A stretch of 60,412 bases of DNA, filler included, from Fonticula-like sp. SCN 57-25 (Eukaryota): NCBI GenBank assembly GCA_001724245.1. It is 8 parts of 8 records of this genome, joined end to end, with 100 filler letters (N's around TTAATTAATTAA, not from the genome) between each part and the next. Parts side by side here need not be neighbours in the genome. Positions count along the whole stretch, not along the records: positions 7,523 to 14,924 come from MEDX01000367.1; positions 15,025 to 22,422 come from MEDX01000368.1; positions 22,523 to 29,912 come from MEDX01000369.1; 5 more parts are not named here. One strand, given 5' to 3'. The stretch's first letter is position 1, and every line of letters begins with the position of its first letter. The position numbers and the translations under genes were made by a program. The notes beneath the pieces were generated by a model, which did not search any database, was not told where the DNA came from, and saw only the letters and a program-made list of their open reading frames with translations. This document shows positions 12,006-24,583 of the stretch, piece by piece.

Positions 12006-14689
12006 TTACGCCTCCTCGCCGGGCGCCGCGTTGATGAGCCCCTGCGCCGTCTGGAAGAGGTTGATGGGCTGCTTGCCGTCGGTGATGAGGGTGCTGCGGA
12101 TACCGAGCGACTGGAGCAGCTTGACCTGCATCTCGGGGCCGGCCTGGGCCATGGCAACGATGGTCTCGCGGCCGACGGCGGCGACGCTCTCCTTGAAGGT
12201 CTGCAGCTGGATCTCGGCGGCCTCCTTGGAGCGGACGAGCTCGAGCTCGTTCTGCGAGCGGATAAAGTCGAGCTCTGCACGGCGGGCATTGGTGAGGCGC
12301 TCCAGCTCAGACTCGGCTTCGATGCGGGCGGCCTGCGCGCGCAGCTCGGCCTGCTTCACGGCAGCCCCGCCCTCGATGGCGGCGGCCTCGGCGCGAGCAG
12401 TGGCCTCGGCCTTGGCCTGACCAGTCGACTCGACGGCGGCGCTCTGCGCCTGCAGCTCGAGGAGGTTGCGGCGCGCCTTCTCAGCCTGCGCCTCGTCCTC
12501 AATCTTCTGACGCTCGAGGCGACCCTTGGCCTCCTGCTCGATGCGCTCCGCCTCGTGCTTGGCAGCGGCCTCCTGCGAGTTGGTCGTGATCTCGATGGCG
12601 AGCTGCACCGACTTTTGCAGCGAGTCGCGGGTGCGCTGGTCGACGGGCTCCACCGACTGGATATCAATGCTCGTGATGGCAAAGAGGTTGGCGGGGAAGG
12701 TGAACTCGCCGCGGACCTTGCCGTTCTCGTCGTAGCCAAACACCGACGCGCGGATAATGCGGGCCGAGTTCTTGTGGAAGTCGTCAAAGGCGACCGAGGC
12801 GACGGCGCCGCGGATGCGCGAGGCAACGGCCTTGCAGGCGTCGCCGATAAAGTCGGGCACCGAAAAGATGCGGCGGCGGTCCTCCTCGCTCTCGCGGTCA
12901 ACCTTAAAGTGCCAGTTGTACGACAGCTGCAGCGAGAGGCGCGCGTGGTCGGCGGTCTCGATCGTGATGATATCGGTGCAGAAGTCGGGGCCGAGGAGCA
13001 GGCAGATGGCGCGGATCACGTTGGGGCGCTTGGGCTTGCCGCCCGACAGGCTCAGGAGCGTAAACATCTCGTCGGGCTGAAGCATCACAAGGTCGGGGCC
13101 AAACTCGACGCGCGACTTCTTCTGCTTATAGTCGTAGATCTGGACGGCGGCATTGTGCGGCACACGGTAAGAAACGACCGAAAACTTGTCACGCTTGCGC
13201 GAACCGCCGTCCTTGCCGCCGCGCGAACCCGAGACGCGGTCGGCCACCGAGTCGACATTGAGGAGAGCCTCAACCTCAGCGGGAAGATCTAATTCAACGC
13301 ATTAGCTACACAAAAATGGCAACAAAAAATAGCGCGCACCCTTGGACCAGAGCTCCTCGTTCTCACGGAGCATGTAGGTCTGGCCGCACACGGCGCGGAC
13401 CTTGCCCGACTTCATGTCGCGGACGTAGATACCCTCGTTCTCGTCGAGCGCGATGGACTTGCGGCGGTCGACGACCTCGACCGACACGGCGGGGATGTAC
13501 TCGCGCGGGCCGACCAGCATCCACCGGTCACCGGGGCGGCGGGCCACAGTCTTGCTGTCCTCCTTGTCCTCAAACTCCTCGGTGGCGCGGAGCACCAGGG
13601 CCTCGTCCTCGTTGAGGACAAACACGTCCTGGATGCCCTTGAGGAGGCCCTCTCCGGGGCGCAAGAAGAAGGAGCAGTCGCCCTTGATGAGGCGCTTCTG
13701 GCCGAGGAGGTTGTTGCCCTTCTCGTCGACGGGGTCGGTGACAATGCAGTACTGGCGGTTGGTGAGCGTGGTGATCGCCACCTGCTCGACGACCTTCTCG
13801 TACACCGAGGGGGTGTGCGCCTCGGCCTCCTTGTTGGTGACAAGCCACTCCTCGCCGTTCTTGCGAACCTTGCCGTAGCGGTCGGTGAACGTGCGGAGCG
13901 CCTTGAGGTGGAGCGCAGACGTGTCGCTGAGCACGATGGCCTCAACAAGGTCAACGACCTCCTCGTAGACGCCCGGGAGGTAGGCACCAGAGTGAGCCAC
14001 GGTCCACTCCTCGCCGGCGACGCGCTTCACATTGTCGATGCGCGAGATGCAGTCCTGGCGCGCACGAAGACGAAGAGCCTGGTTGGGCGCAATGACCGTC
14101 GCGACGACCGTCTCAACCACCTCGGCCGAAACATTGGGGATGTACGTGCCGGGGCCCGTGAAGAGCCACTCATCACCAGCAATGTGCTTCTCGACGGCAT
14201 CACCGACAGTCTCCTCGAAATCGCGGACGGCGCGAAGACGGAGCGCAGTGTTGCTCTTGACGATGGTGAGCGCCTGGGGCTGGTTGACGAGGTTCTCGCC
14301 GGGGAAGAGCGGGAAGGGATCCTGCGCAAGGCGAACCTCCCTGTCAGCATGGCGGAGCTTGATCTGCTGGTGCTCGTCAAAGACGGGCTGGCCCTTCGAG
14401 TCCACCACGACGGGGTTCTCGATGATGCAGTAGTGGCGCGGGGGGACAACAACCATCTTGAGGGGGCCGACAAGCACCTTCTCGTGGTCCTGGCGGATAA
14501 AGGTCTTGGGCCCGACCTCCACCCGCGTCACGTTGGTGTTTTGATCCAAAACATGGAGGTAGTGGTACGGGGGGATGCGGAAGACGCTAGGCGCCGCAAC
14601 TAGAGCCGCGCGTTAGAACAAGAACCACTGCGGCGATGGTAGAGCGGGGTATGGTGGGGAGAGGCGGGCGTACCACTCTTGTCGGCCAT
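12006..14689 (-). CDS. MVP: Major vault protein, 3 exons
   Basis: [29 protein letters not shown], vault repeats ([36 protein letters not shown]), shoulder [26 protein letters not shown], cap helix [10 protein letters not shown], end [15 protein letters not shown]. Confidence 0.97.
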
Positions 14690-15024
14690 CTTTCCCTCGA
14701 AAAGAAAGAGAGGATTGAGAGCGTTGTAGCAGGAGGTGCGAAAAGTCGGGCCTTTATGTACGCTTGAATGCATACCTTTCCCCTGAAGTAGGGCCTCGGT
14801 TGGAACCCCCCGAGCACCAACATTCTCCCTCTGAAAATTATCAGGTAAACCAAAAAGTGTCCCCCCAATCGTGCCATCTTACGCAATTTCGCGTCTTTCG
14901 GGCTATGGTGACGTAGTCACTCTGNNNNNNNNNNNNNNNNNNNNNNNNNNNNNNNNNNNNNNNNNNNNTTAATTAATTAANNNNNNNNNNNNNNNNNNNN
15001 NNNNNNNNNNNNNNNNNNNNNNNN

Positions 15025-16848
15025 GCGCCGACCTGCGCGCTGATAATCCTGAGCGCGAGCTTGTCGTTCTTGAGCGTCTTTAGTGTCGCGACGAGCGCCT
15101 CGAGCGTTCCGTGCGAGTCTCCCCTCACGAGCAGCGGGACCTGCTGCGTGTCGGCGGCACCCGCAACATCGGCGTACCCGCTGCGCGTCTGCGGAAGCGA
15201 CTGCCTCCTCGCCTGGAGGTACTCTGCCCTCTCGCGGAGCTGCCGCGCCCTCACGTGCGCGCTTCCCTCGCCGTCCGTCTTGAGCTGCTTCATGATGGCC
15301 CGCTTTTCCGACACGTCGCGCGCCTGCTGCTCGCTCGCCACCTGAATCACTTCGTCGCCCGCATGCGGCAGCTCCCTCCATCCAATCACCTGCACGGGCC
15401 GCGACGGACCGGCCGCCTTCACGGCGCGGCCGTTCTCGTCCGAGAGGGCGCGCACGCGTCCCCACGTGGTACCGGCGACGACGCAGGCGCCGGGCGCGAG
15501 CGTGCCGCGCTGCACAAGCATCGTGGCGACGGGGCCGCGGCCCTTTTCCATCTTGCTCTCAACAATCGTGCCCTCGGCCGCGCCGCTCGGGTCGCCGCGG
15601 AGGTTCATGAGGTCGGCCTGAAGCAGGATCGCCTCGACAAGGACGTCCAGATTCTTGCGCCGCAGAGCAGACACCTCAATCGCCTGAACGTCACCGCCAA
15701 AGTCCTCAAGCTGCACATTGTGGCGCAAAAGACCTTCCTTGACCTTTTTAAAGTTGGCGCCAGGCGCGTCGCTCTTGTTGATCGCAACCAAGAGAGGAAC
15801 ATTCGCGGTGCGTGCGTGCTCAATCGCCTCGACCGTCTGAGGCTTCACGCCGTCGTCAGCCGCAACGACAAGGACAACAATGTCCGTCACAGAGGCGCCG
15901 CGCTGACGCATGTTGCTGAACGCGCGATGGCCGGGCGTGTCGAGAAACGTCACATGGCGGTCACTGATGGGAACTGCAACACAGTGTTTAGTTGCCGCCA
16001 TGGTGGGAAGAGCTGTTAGAGGCAACGCACCTGAAAATGCGCCAATGTGTTGCGTAATGCCGCCGGCCTCGTGCGCGGCAACCGACGTGGACCGGAGCGC
16101 GTCAAGGAGCGTCGTCTTACCGTGGTCAACGTGGCCCATGATCGTCACGACGGGATCGCGAGGAGGGAACACGCTCTGGTCCTCCGGGACCGGCCGCCTC
16201 GAAACATCGTCAAACTGCGGGAGCACGACGCGCACGTTGTACTTCATATCCTTGAGGATCATCTCTACCACGTCAATAGCAAGCTCTGCGCAACCCGAGT
16301 CAGCGTCCATTGTCGCCTGCCAACGTGCGTACTCTCGTTGGGCTCGATTCCCTCTATGAGACCCTCCAGCCGCCGCGAAAAGACCTCGGGATTGGCTCCC
16401 GTAAGCGCAGCCATCTCATTGACAGACAGCTGGCTCGTGATCGTGAGCTCGGTCTTCATCTGAGTGCGCGCGACGAAAGAAAGCGTCTGATTAGTCACCT
16501 TGGGCGGCTCCACGACAGTGCCTGCCATCGGCTGGCGCTTCTTAAAACGCTCTAATCCAACAGTTAGTGTGCGCAACAAGCAAAACGGGCAAGCGCACTG
16601 GCGCGGTCGGCCTTGGAGCGGGTCATGCGCGGCAGCGCTTCCTTGCGCGGCCCAGTGTTGCTGCCTTCATCATCTCCCGGCGAGTCGTACTCTTCATAAA
16701 CAGGGTCGGGCCGCGGCGGCGCAGCAGCAAACGCCCTTGAAATCGGTAGGCCGGTCCACCGAGAGCGTGCAGCGACGCGCGCTACCGCCTGCCCGGCTGG
16801 GACAAGTTGCCCGATCGCGAGCCGGCGCCCGCTCGCAACGATGAACAT
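15025..16848 (-). CDS. MTIF2: Mitochondrial translation initiation factor IF-2; 3'-truncated
   Basis: [32 protein letters not shown]; Arg/Ala-rich presequence [16 protein letters not shown]. Confidence 0.92.
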
Positions 16849-16857
16849 GTGGTAAAG

Positions 16858-16910
16858 GCAAACTGCAAACTGGATTGCAAACTTGCAAACTTTATCACTT
16901 TTTGGCGCGC
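16858..16910. promoter_or_regulatory. Bidirectional promoter (63 bp between ATGs) with four GCAAACT copies and E2F-like TTTGGCGCGC
   Basis: GCAAACT at 16858, 16865, 16877, 16885; TTTGGCGCGC at 16901-16910; lies between divergent mtIF2 and BRWD starts. Confidence 0.55.
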
Positions 16911-16911
16911 G

Positions 16912-19900
16912 ATGTCGGCGGCGCCGCGAAGGGCAGCGAGCGGGTCGGGGCGGGCCGCCGCTAGTAGCGGGGCAAATGCTAGTAGCTCCAACGCGCGGCG
17001 TGGATTGACGCAGCGCGCGACTGTTGCTCAGCCGAATCCGTCACAGTTGCGATGGATGTATACCATGCTCGGCCCGAGCCAGCCTGGCTGGCAGCCGCCG
17101 CGGGCCACACCCACATCGCTTCGGCAAGATAGCAGCCTGACTGATACGACCGTGCCGGATTTAGAGATATATATGTTGATAGGAGCTTTCCTGGCGGATG
17201 CAGCGCCGCAAGCGTTTGCGACATTACAGCGTGAGCGGCCGGATCTTGCTCTGTCAGGAACGCTTCCGAATGGGCATCCAGCATCTTACATCCGGCGGCT
17301 CCTTCAGCGTCTGGTCGATCTCTACGGCCGCATGCCGCATGCAATCCCGGGTCTCTCCAGTTTGCTTGGCGTTGGTAATGCGTCCGTTTTGTTAGACAAG
17401 ATCATTCCGCCGCGCATCCCCACCTTTTTCGATAATCTTTCGTCGCGCAGTCTTGGGCTGCTGCACAAGCGCGTTCCTATCCAGGCCGCACTTGCGCGCA
17501 GCTGTGTGCCGGTACGCATTCCCTTGTGTAAAGTTTTGATTTGGGTGTTGACATCTTGCGCGCAGCTTGCAACGCTTGTTGGCCACATTGAGATCGCCTA
17601 TGTTTCCGTGTTTGACTGCCTTTCTCGGCGACTGCTGACGGGGAGCGACGACTATCTGGTCAAAATGTGGTCGGTGGCGACGGGCGATCTTTTGTACACT
17701 CTTCGCGGCCACGAAAAGGAGATTTGTGCGGTGACTGTTTCAAAGGACAACACGCTGATCGCGACCGCCTCGCTGGATCACTCTGCCCGCGTGTGGAGAA
17801 TGAGCGACGGCAAGCCGCTAGCGCTCCTTCGCGCGCACAGCAACGGCCTGTCTGACATTTCCTTTTTCCCTTCCATCTCGGACGATTCTGGTATGTTGCT
17901 TACGGCGGGGCTGGACGGCACGTGTCGCATCTGGACGTATTCCGGCGCCGACTTTACGCTTCATCCGAGCATTTACCGGTCGACGGAAGGCAGCAAGAAG
18001 GCGCGCATCCGGTGCGTCAACATCTCCCCGGGCGGCGCGCGCTTTGCAGTGGGTTACGAGGACGGCAACGTGCGCCTCTTTCTCGCTCCAAGGCGGCCCG
18101 GCACGGACGACGCCCTTCCGGACGTCGAGCTCATGTACCCAACGACGGGCCTCGTGCTCTCGGGACATCGCGGATACGTGACCACCGTGCTCTGGAGCGA
18201 GCAAGGCGACCGCATTCTTAGCGGCTCGTACGACGGGACCCTGCGCGTGTGGTACTTTGACATGCAGATGCGCGCCTGGAACGCCGTCGTGCTGCGGCCA
18301 GGCGCAGAGACGTCAACCGCCGCAACAGCCACCACGACTGCAGCCTCGACGGCTACGACGGCTACCGCGGCCGCGGCGGCTGCAGCGGCGCCTCCCAGCA
18401 AGGTGACCACCGCTCAGTGGGCGTCGAGTGATCGGTTAGTGATTGCGGCGCTGTCTGACTTTTCTGTGCGTGTTTGGGACCCGACGACGGGCGCTGTGTT
18501 GTCCACATGGCGCGCACACACGCAGGAAGTGTACGCGCTGCTTGTTCACCCGACCGTGCCGGATCTCGTTGTTTCGGGCGGCCACGACGGGCAAGTGTGC
18601 TTCTGGGACCTGCGCAAGCGCGTCCAATTGCATCGTACGCAACCTTTTCAGCTCGCTTTTTTCTGACACCGCTGCAGAATTCTCTGTCCCCGACGGTGTG
18701 GTCGAGCTGTCGTTCTCACCCGATGGCCGGTACCTAACAGCGTGCGACAAGCTGGGCGGCGTGAGTCTGTACGGCTTTGGCGGCGACGCGTCGGCATACG
18801 CGTCGACGCAGCCGCAGCAGTTTTTCCCTTCAGACTACGCGGCCATTGTCAGCGGCCTCATTCCGCTCCACGAAGAGTCGCGCGAGCCCATGCACACCAT
18901 GCCGCGCACCACCTTGATGAACATCCACGGCACCGTTGTGATTGAGTCGCGGCCAGCGGACCTCGGGATGGACATTCCAGTACGGCGGCCGGAAGCCGAC
19001 CTCACCAAGGAAAGGGAATCAAACTATTTGAAACACGCGTCCGAAATTGCCACGTACGCATACTGCCTTGAGAGTATCAGTGATACTGACACATTTTTCT
19101 TCTAGGATCATTCTTGAGGCCGGACTTGCTGCCTCTGCGCCAGCGGCGCAGCGCCCTGCTCCTTCCGCGACGACAACGTCGGTGTTTTATGGCTCTGACG
19201 AGTCAGAGCCAGAGTACGACGAGCCGCCGCCCCTGGAGGACATGGCGCTTCTGCAGGACATTAGCGACAGCGACGACGAGGATTTCGTGGATGCGCCGGC
19301 GCGGAGTGGCAGTCGGCGGTCGCGGCCTTCGCGCCGTCCGCGCCGCGGCGAGGAGCCGCAACAGGATGGCGAGAGTGACGGGAACAGCAGCCACGCAAGC
19401 AGCGAAGACGAGGACGATGAGGACGATGAAGATGATGAGGTGGAGCGTCCCGCGCGGCGGCGGTCGCGCCCGACTGCGCGTGCTGCCGCGCGCTGGCGCA
19501 GGCGGGCGCGGGTGGCATCGGATGACGACGAAGACAATGCGGCTAGCCGCGGCGACGACGGCAGCGACGACACAGAGGAGGATGCCGTAATGTCGAGTTC
19601 TTCCGACGATGAGGAGAGGGAACGGCGCCGCCAGCAGCGCCGCCCGCGTCAGAACCACCGCGGCCGCGCCGAGACTGTCACCGTTCGCTCGCAGTTTGTT
19701 GACTGGCCCGACGAGTATTCCAATGTGTGGGAATGGATCAGCGCGGAGGAAGCAACGGCCGCGTTCGTTCCGCAGGTCGGCGACGACGTGTGGTACTGCA
19801 GGCAGGGCCAGGCGGAGCTGTTGGAGAACAGCGCGGCGGCGCCTGTTATGCGGCAAAGAGGGCTTCCGTGGGAGACCATTCCCGATATCGGTCCGATGGA

Positions 19901-21125
19901 GAAGGGTCGCATCGTCAGTGCGTGCTCTAAATTATGTGTTTATTTGTGTGCTCACTGTGGGCGCCCGTAGATGTCGAGTATGTTCTTGCGCTCCCGCCAT
20001 TTGCTGCCGTTACGATCGAGCTGGTGCGAGGCGGCCCCGCAATCACGGTAGACTTTCACGATTGGCCAAACGTGCCGGATTGCATGATTCTCGCACATCG
20101 CTACACGTGCGCCCTCTTTTGTTTCATATTATTGAATGCTCACGCGCGTGTCCCAGTCCATCGTCGCGCAGCGGGAATCTTGGGCGATTCGCCCCGGTCG
20201 GCACGATGGGCCGGATGCTGATGGATGGCACGCTGTACCCACTGCGGATAGTCAGGGAAGGGCCATATGATGCCGCGTACCCTGCTTCGCCGTGGCGGCG
20301 GTATGAGGTGGAGTGGCTCAGCGAGGATACCGGCGAGCCGACGGGCGACCCACACGAGTTTGTGAGCCCGTGGGAGCTCGTGCTTGAGGATACATTTGAG
20401 CGCGAGCCGCCGCGGCTGAGCGACGAGCAGGCCCAGAAATGCATGCGGGCCGTCGAGACAGTGGAGGCGATGGAAAACGCGCAGCCGTTCATTGAGGAGG
20501 TTGACCGGAATCTGTACACTGCATATCTGGAAATTGTGGCCTATCCAATTCATCTGCGGCGTGTCAAGGAGCGACTGCGCAACAGCTTTTATCGACAGCA
20601 AGCGGTACGCCGTGATAACATGTATATAGCCGCTGACTCTACGGCGCCTAGGCTTTCGAGTGGGACATCCGGCGGATTGCCCACAATGCAAAGAGCTATA
20701 ATCAGGAGGGCTCGGACATTGTTCACTTTGCGGAAGAAGTGCGCGACCGCATCCTTGCTTTGGCGTCGGCGCCGACGGCAGGTGGCGACGGCACGGATGA
20801 CAACACCGTTGACATTGATGACGTCCCCGAGGAGCAAACGACAAGGAGAAGGCGGGGCGCGGGAGCCCCCGCCTCGCAGATGCCAGGGTCGCCAAGCGAG
20901 CGCTCTCCGCGGCCATCTCGCAAGCGCGGTGTTTCTGAAGAGCCCGACGAGCAGGAGGACGACGTTGAAGACAGGCCAAAGAAGCGACGCGGCGGCAAGG
21001 AGGACGCGGAGGCGGCTGCGACACCTGAGCGGAGATCGCGGAGAATGGAGAAGGAGCAAGAGGAGGCGGCGTCCGGCGGACCGTCAAGCGCATCCCGGCC
21101 AAGGTCCCGCCGGATACACGCATGA
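16912..21125 (+). CDS. BRWD/PHIP-like protein: WD40 repeats, cryptic Tudor region, single bromodomain; multi-exon
   Basis: LisH-like EIYMLIGAFL; WD40 TGSDDYLVKMWS..LRGH; QQFFPSDY; PQVGDDVWYCRQG; VSPWEL; bromodomain AQPFIEEVD..YLEIVAYPIHL..RLRNSFYR..HNAKSYN. Confidence 0.88.
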
Positions 21126-21614
21126 TTCTGCGTCGAAGCAGGCTACATTTTTTTGCATGTTTATATTTGCATTGGAATGTATATTGTTATGTTATTATGT
21201 TATCTTATTCTATTATTGCTGAAGCATACGCGGATTAACAATCCATTTACTGGCCTGTTCATGTTGCCCGAATGGGCAGTAAAAACCTCAGTAAAATAAA
21301 CACTTTCGTAAAATCCTGCCAAAAATTAGCTATGGAAAGCCCATTTGGTGCGCGTGAGAACGGTATATACCATGTGAGCGGCAGCAGCGAGAGGTGTGGC
21401 TTCCAAAACCGGTAGCGCGCAATCGATCGTGTTGGGGTAAGACAATCTGGATCAGTCTGAATCTCGATCGAACCGGAGGAAAAAGGTTATGTGCCAGATC
21501 GATCATAATTGGTTGGATCGGCGTCAAGGACGATCGCCATTGGCCCGCGTTTTTCTTTCCCATCGACAGACGCAACGACAGAGGCAAAACTCGCTGCTCG
21601 GCGCCGAAACAAAA

Positions 21615-22422
21615 ATGGCCGGCCGATCGAGGGCGAGAGGGGTGCTTCTCGCCGCGCTGCTGGCGGTTTTGGTGTCATACTGTAGGTGCTGTGTAGATGG
21701 CAACCTGATTTCTAACCTGATCGACAGCGGCCGGTGCGAACAACAGCAAGGCTTATGCGGCAACTTCAACTAGCACCTGGAGCGACCAAGCCACGATAAC
21801 GTATGCCGTTGGCCTCTATAACCAAAATAATAGTACGAACTGGCTCTTGTATTGTGTCGATCTTCTTTGGCAGATTCCCGTTGCTAATCGCGCGATAGTG
21901 TTGACAAAGATCACGTACTTTTGCGGCACTGGATCAGCACCGAGGATGCTTAGTTATTGGCAATTTGACTTTACTTCTTTCGCGGTGCGCGATGAGTTTT
22001 TAGTAATACCCTATGCTCACTTTGCGACTGGCGTGTTGCAGCCCAACACCGCCAAGTTTTGCGCTTCGGGTACCCCTCAACTCTTCATCTACCAGTCGAA
22101 CTATCTTAATATCTGCAATCCGAACATGCTCGCAATTCCCTCCACGATTTGGGCAGACGCTCCTACGACTTCGTGGTACGCCTTTCTAAAAAGTTTGTGC
22201 GATGATTGATTGACCGATGAGTTTGTCTTAAGGGATTACTCCAAACTGACGTGGTCTTCCCAGCCCTCGCTTACCAACAACTTTGGTCGAGTGACTGCGT
22301 CTCTCATTGGCCGCGTCAGCGGCCAAATGTGCGCTGCCCCTTTATTGGCTACAAGCATACATACTGAACGCTCTTTTTTTGCATTTGATCTTAGGTGGCA
22401 CTACTTGAACCTTAGCGCGTCC
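21615..22422 (+). CDS. Secreted hypothetical protein, possible DNRLRE/CBM96-like domain; 3'-truncated
   Basis: Signal peptide MAGRSRARGVLLAALLAVLVSY; intron-like segments with GT/CTAAC/AG; N-glycosylation sequons; motif TTSW|DYSKLTWSSQP. Confidence 0.55.
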
Positions 22423-22522
22423 NNNNNNNNNNNNNNNNNNNNNNNNNNNNNNNNNNNNNNNNNNNNTTAATTAATTAANNNNNNNNNNNNNNNNNNNNNN
22501 NNNNNNNNNNNNNNNNNNNNNN

Positions 22523-23129
22523 CGCGTTGTGCATTTGGATGTTGAAATCGATGCCGTGCTCCATGCAGTACGACACGAGCTTGTTGGTTTCCTCGACAAG
22601 GGGCTCGGCGGGGAGCGATCCCGACGAAAGTGCGGTCAAAAGGGACGTTATCGTGCGCTCGTCAAGGTCAAGGCGGCGGCGTTTCATCTAAAAATGAATA
22701 GTATAAGCAACAATAAACGCAAAGGCAGTTGCGTCGCACGTCGTTAAAGGCCTTGAGGGCGAGGCGCGCGTGGCCGTGCTCGCCGCACATCTTGATTAGG
22801 AGATTGAATAGCTGGCGGTTGGGCTGCACGCGGTGCTCCTTCATGTCCTCTAACAAGTCAAACGCGCCAGTCACATTGCCGTGCTTGCCGAGACGCTTCA
22901 TCTTTTCGGCGTAAAAGACGACATCCCTGCCACGCCATCGTCACGTCAGCCAAGCAGACCGGGAGGAATCCTAAAGAACGAACCGGCGAAAGGACGGCGT
23001 TTTGTAGCGAATGCTGCTTTCCGACTCGCCTTCATTATAAGAGTATGAAGAAAGAAAGGGGGCGCGGAGGACGTGAGGCGACGCCGCTAATGTCCGGCTG
23101 ACGGCGCGCGATGCCGTCCGGAGGAGCAT
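22523..23129 (-). CDS. Mitochondrial pentatricopeptide-repeat protein (PTCD1-like); 3'-truncated
   Basis: Presequence MLLRTASRAVSRTLAAS; PPR units GNVTGAFDLLEDMKEHRVQPNRQLFNLLIKMCG and ALKAFND|MKRRRLDLDERTITSLLTAL. Confidence 0.8.
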
Positions 23130-23238
23130 TGCGGGCGCGTGCGAAACGATGACAGCAAACTGACGGGCGAGTTTGCATAAATCATTGCAAATCAGAAGGG
23201 AATCAGAAGGGAATCAGCCGGCAGCGAACATCGTTAGA

Positions 23239-23981
23239 ATGGTGCGTATCGAGGGGAAGCGGAGCGAGTGCGCGCTAACCGTGCGCCATTAGAGTGTCAC
23301 GTTGCATACTACGCTGGGCGATATCAAAATCGAAGTCTTTTGCGAGACTGTTCCACGAACGGCGGAGGTACGATCCTCTTTGTCGGCATGGCGTCACTAA
23401 CCGCGCACTAGAACTTTCTCGCGCTGTGCGCCACTGGGTACTACACCGGCTGCAAGATCCACCGGTGCGCGCACTCACGCACGCTAGCCTCATGTACTGA
23501 CATGGTTTGTGCGGCTAGTGTTATTCGCGGTTTCATTATGCAGATGGGCGATCCTACAGGGACCGGCAAGGGCGGGCAGAGCATCTGGGGCAGCAAGTTC
23601 CCCGACGAGCTTCGCGCGACGCTAAAGGTGCGCCGTCTCTTGACATTGAGCTTATGTTGTAACACTAGTACCATTTTAAAGCATAACGCGCGCGGCATTG
23701 TTGCGATGGCGAACAGCGGGCCAGACACCAATGCGTCTCAGTTTTACATCACTTTCGCCAAGCAGCCGCATTTGGACAACAAAAACACTATTTTTGGACG
23801 GTACGCTCACACACTTTACATTTCTTCTTGCCAACACCGTCTTTGTAGTGTAATTTCAGGTAATGAGACTCTGGATGCGCTGGAGAGGCGCGCCGTCGAT
23901 GCAAAGTCGCGGCCCGTTGAGCCCGTCTACATCGAGTCGGTCACGATACACGCCAACCCCATTGCAGAGCTCCACCATTGA
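23239..23981 (+). CDS. PPIL3: Cyclophilin PPIL3/Cyp10, 6 exons (intron directly after the ATG)
   Basis: M|SVTLHTTLGDIKIEVFCE..NFLALCA..GDPTGTGKGGQSIWG..HNARGIVAMAN..SQFYIT..TIHANPIA. Confidence 0.95.
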
Positions 23982-24105
23982 AACCTTTGAGTCCATGAAT
24001 TTGCTTGTACAAACAATACACTTGCTTTGATTACTCTTACAGTGCACTATATTGTGATCGCACAACCAACGAAATACTGGCACGGCGTTCGCTAAAGATG
24101 CAGTC

Positions 24106-24583
24106 CTACGAGCGCTTGCTCGTCGGGAAGCCGGCCTCCGCCCACCCCCTGAATCCCTGGCTCATAGAGTACACGTTGGTGTAGCCCATGCGGCGAAGAT
24201 TGTCGCCGGCCAGGAGGGAGCGGAACCCGCCCGCGCAGTAAAGGACAATCTTGCGGTCCGCGTTCGGCTCGAGGCGCTCAATGTTGCCTTCCAGAACGCC
24301 CTTGCTCAAATGGACGACCGGAACGCCGACGTGCGCCTGCGAAAACTCGCTCGCCTCGCGAACGTCGACGAGCAGGAGATCGTCCCCCTGCTGCATCGCA
24401 TCGTGAACCTGCTTCGGAGTGAGCTCCGGGACCACCTTTGCCGCTTCGCCAACAATGGAATCATAGCGCGCGCCGAGCGCAGGTGCGCCCTAATACAATG
24501 CTTAGTAACCCAGCGGCGCGCGCGAGCAAGGCGAAGCGTACCGCGCGGAATCCGCGGACCGATCCTCCGACGATACGCAGCAT
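24106..24583 (-). CDS. Single-domain rhodanese/sulfurtransferase with short putative mitochondrial presequence, 2 exons
   Basis: LVDVRE, active-site loop LYCAGGFRS, MGYTNVYSMSQGFRGW; exon 1 MLRIVGGSVRGFRA. Confidence 0.88.
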
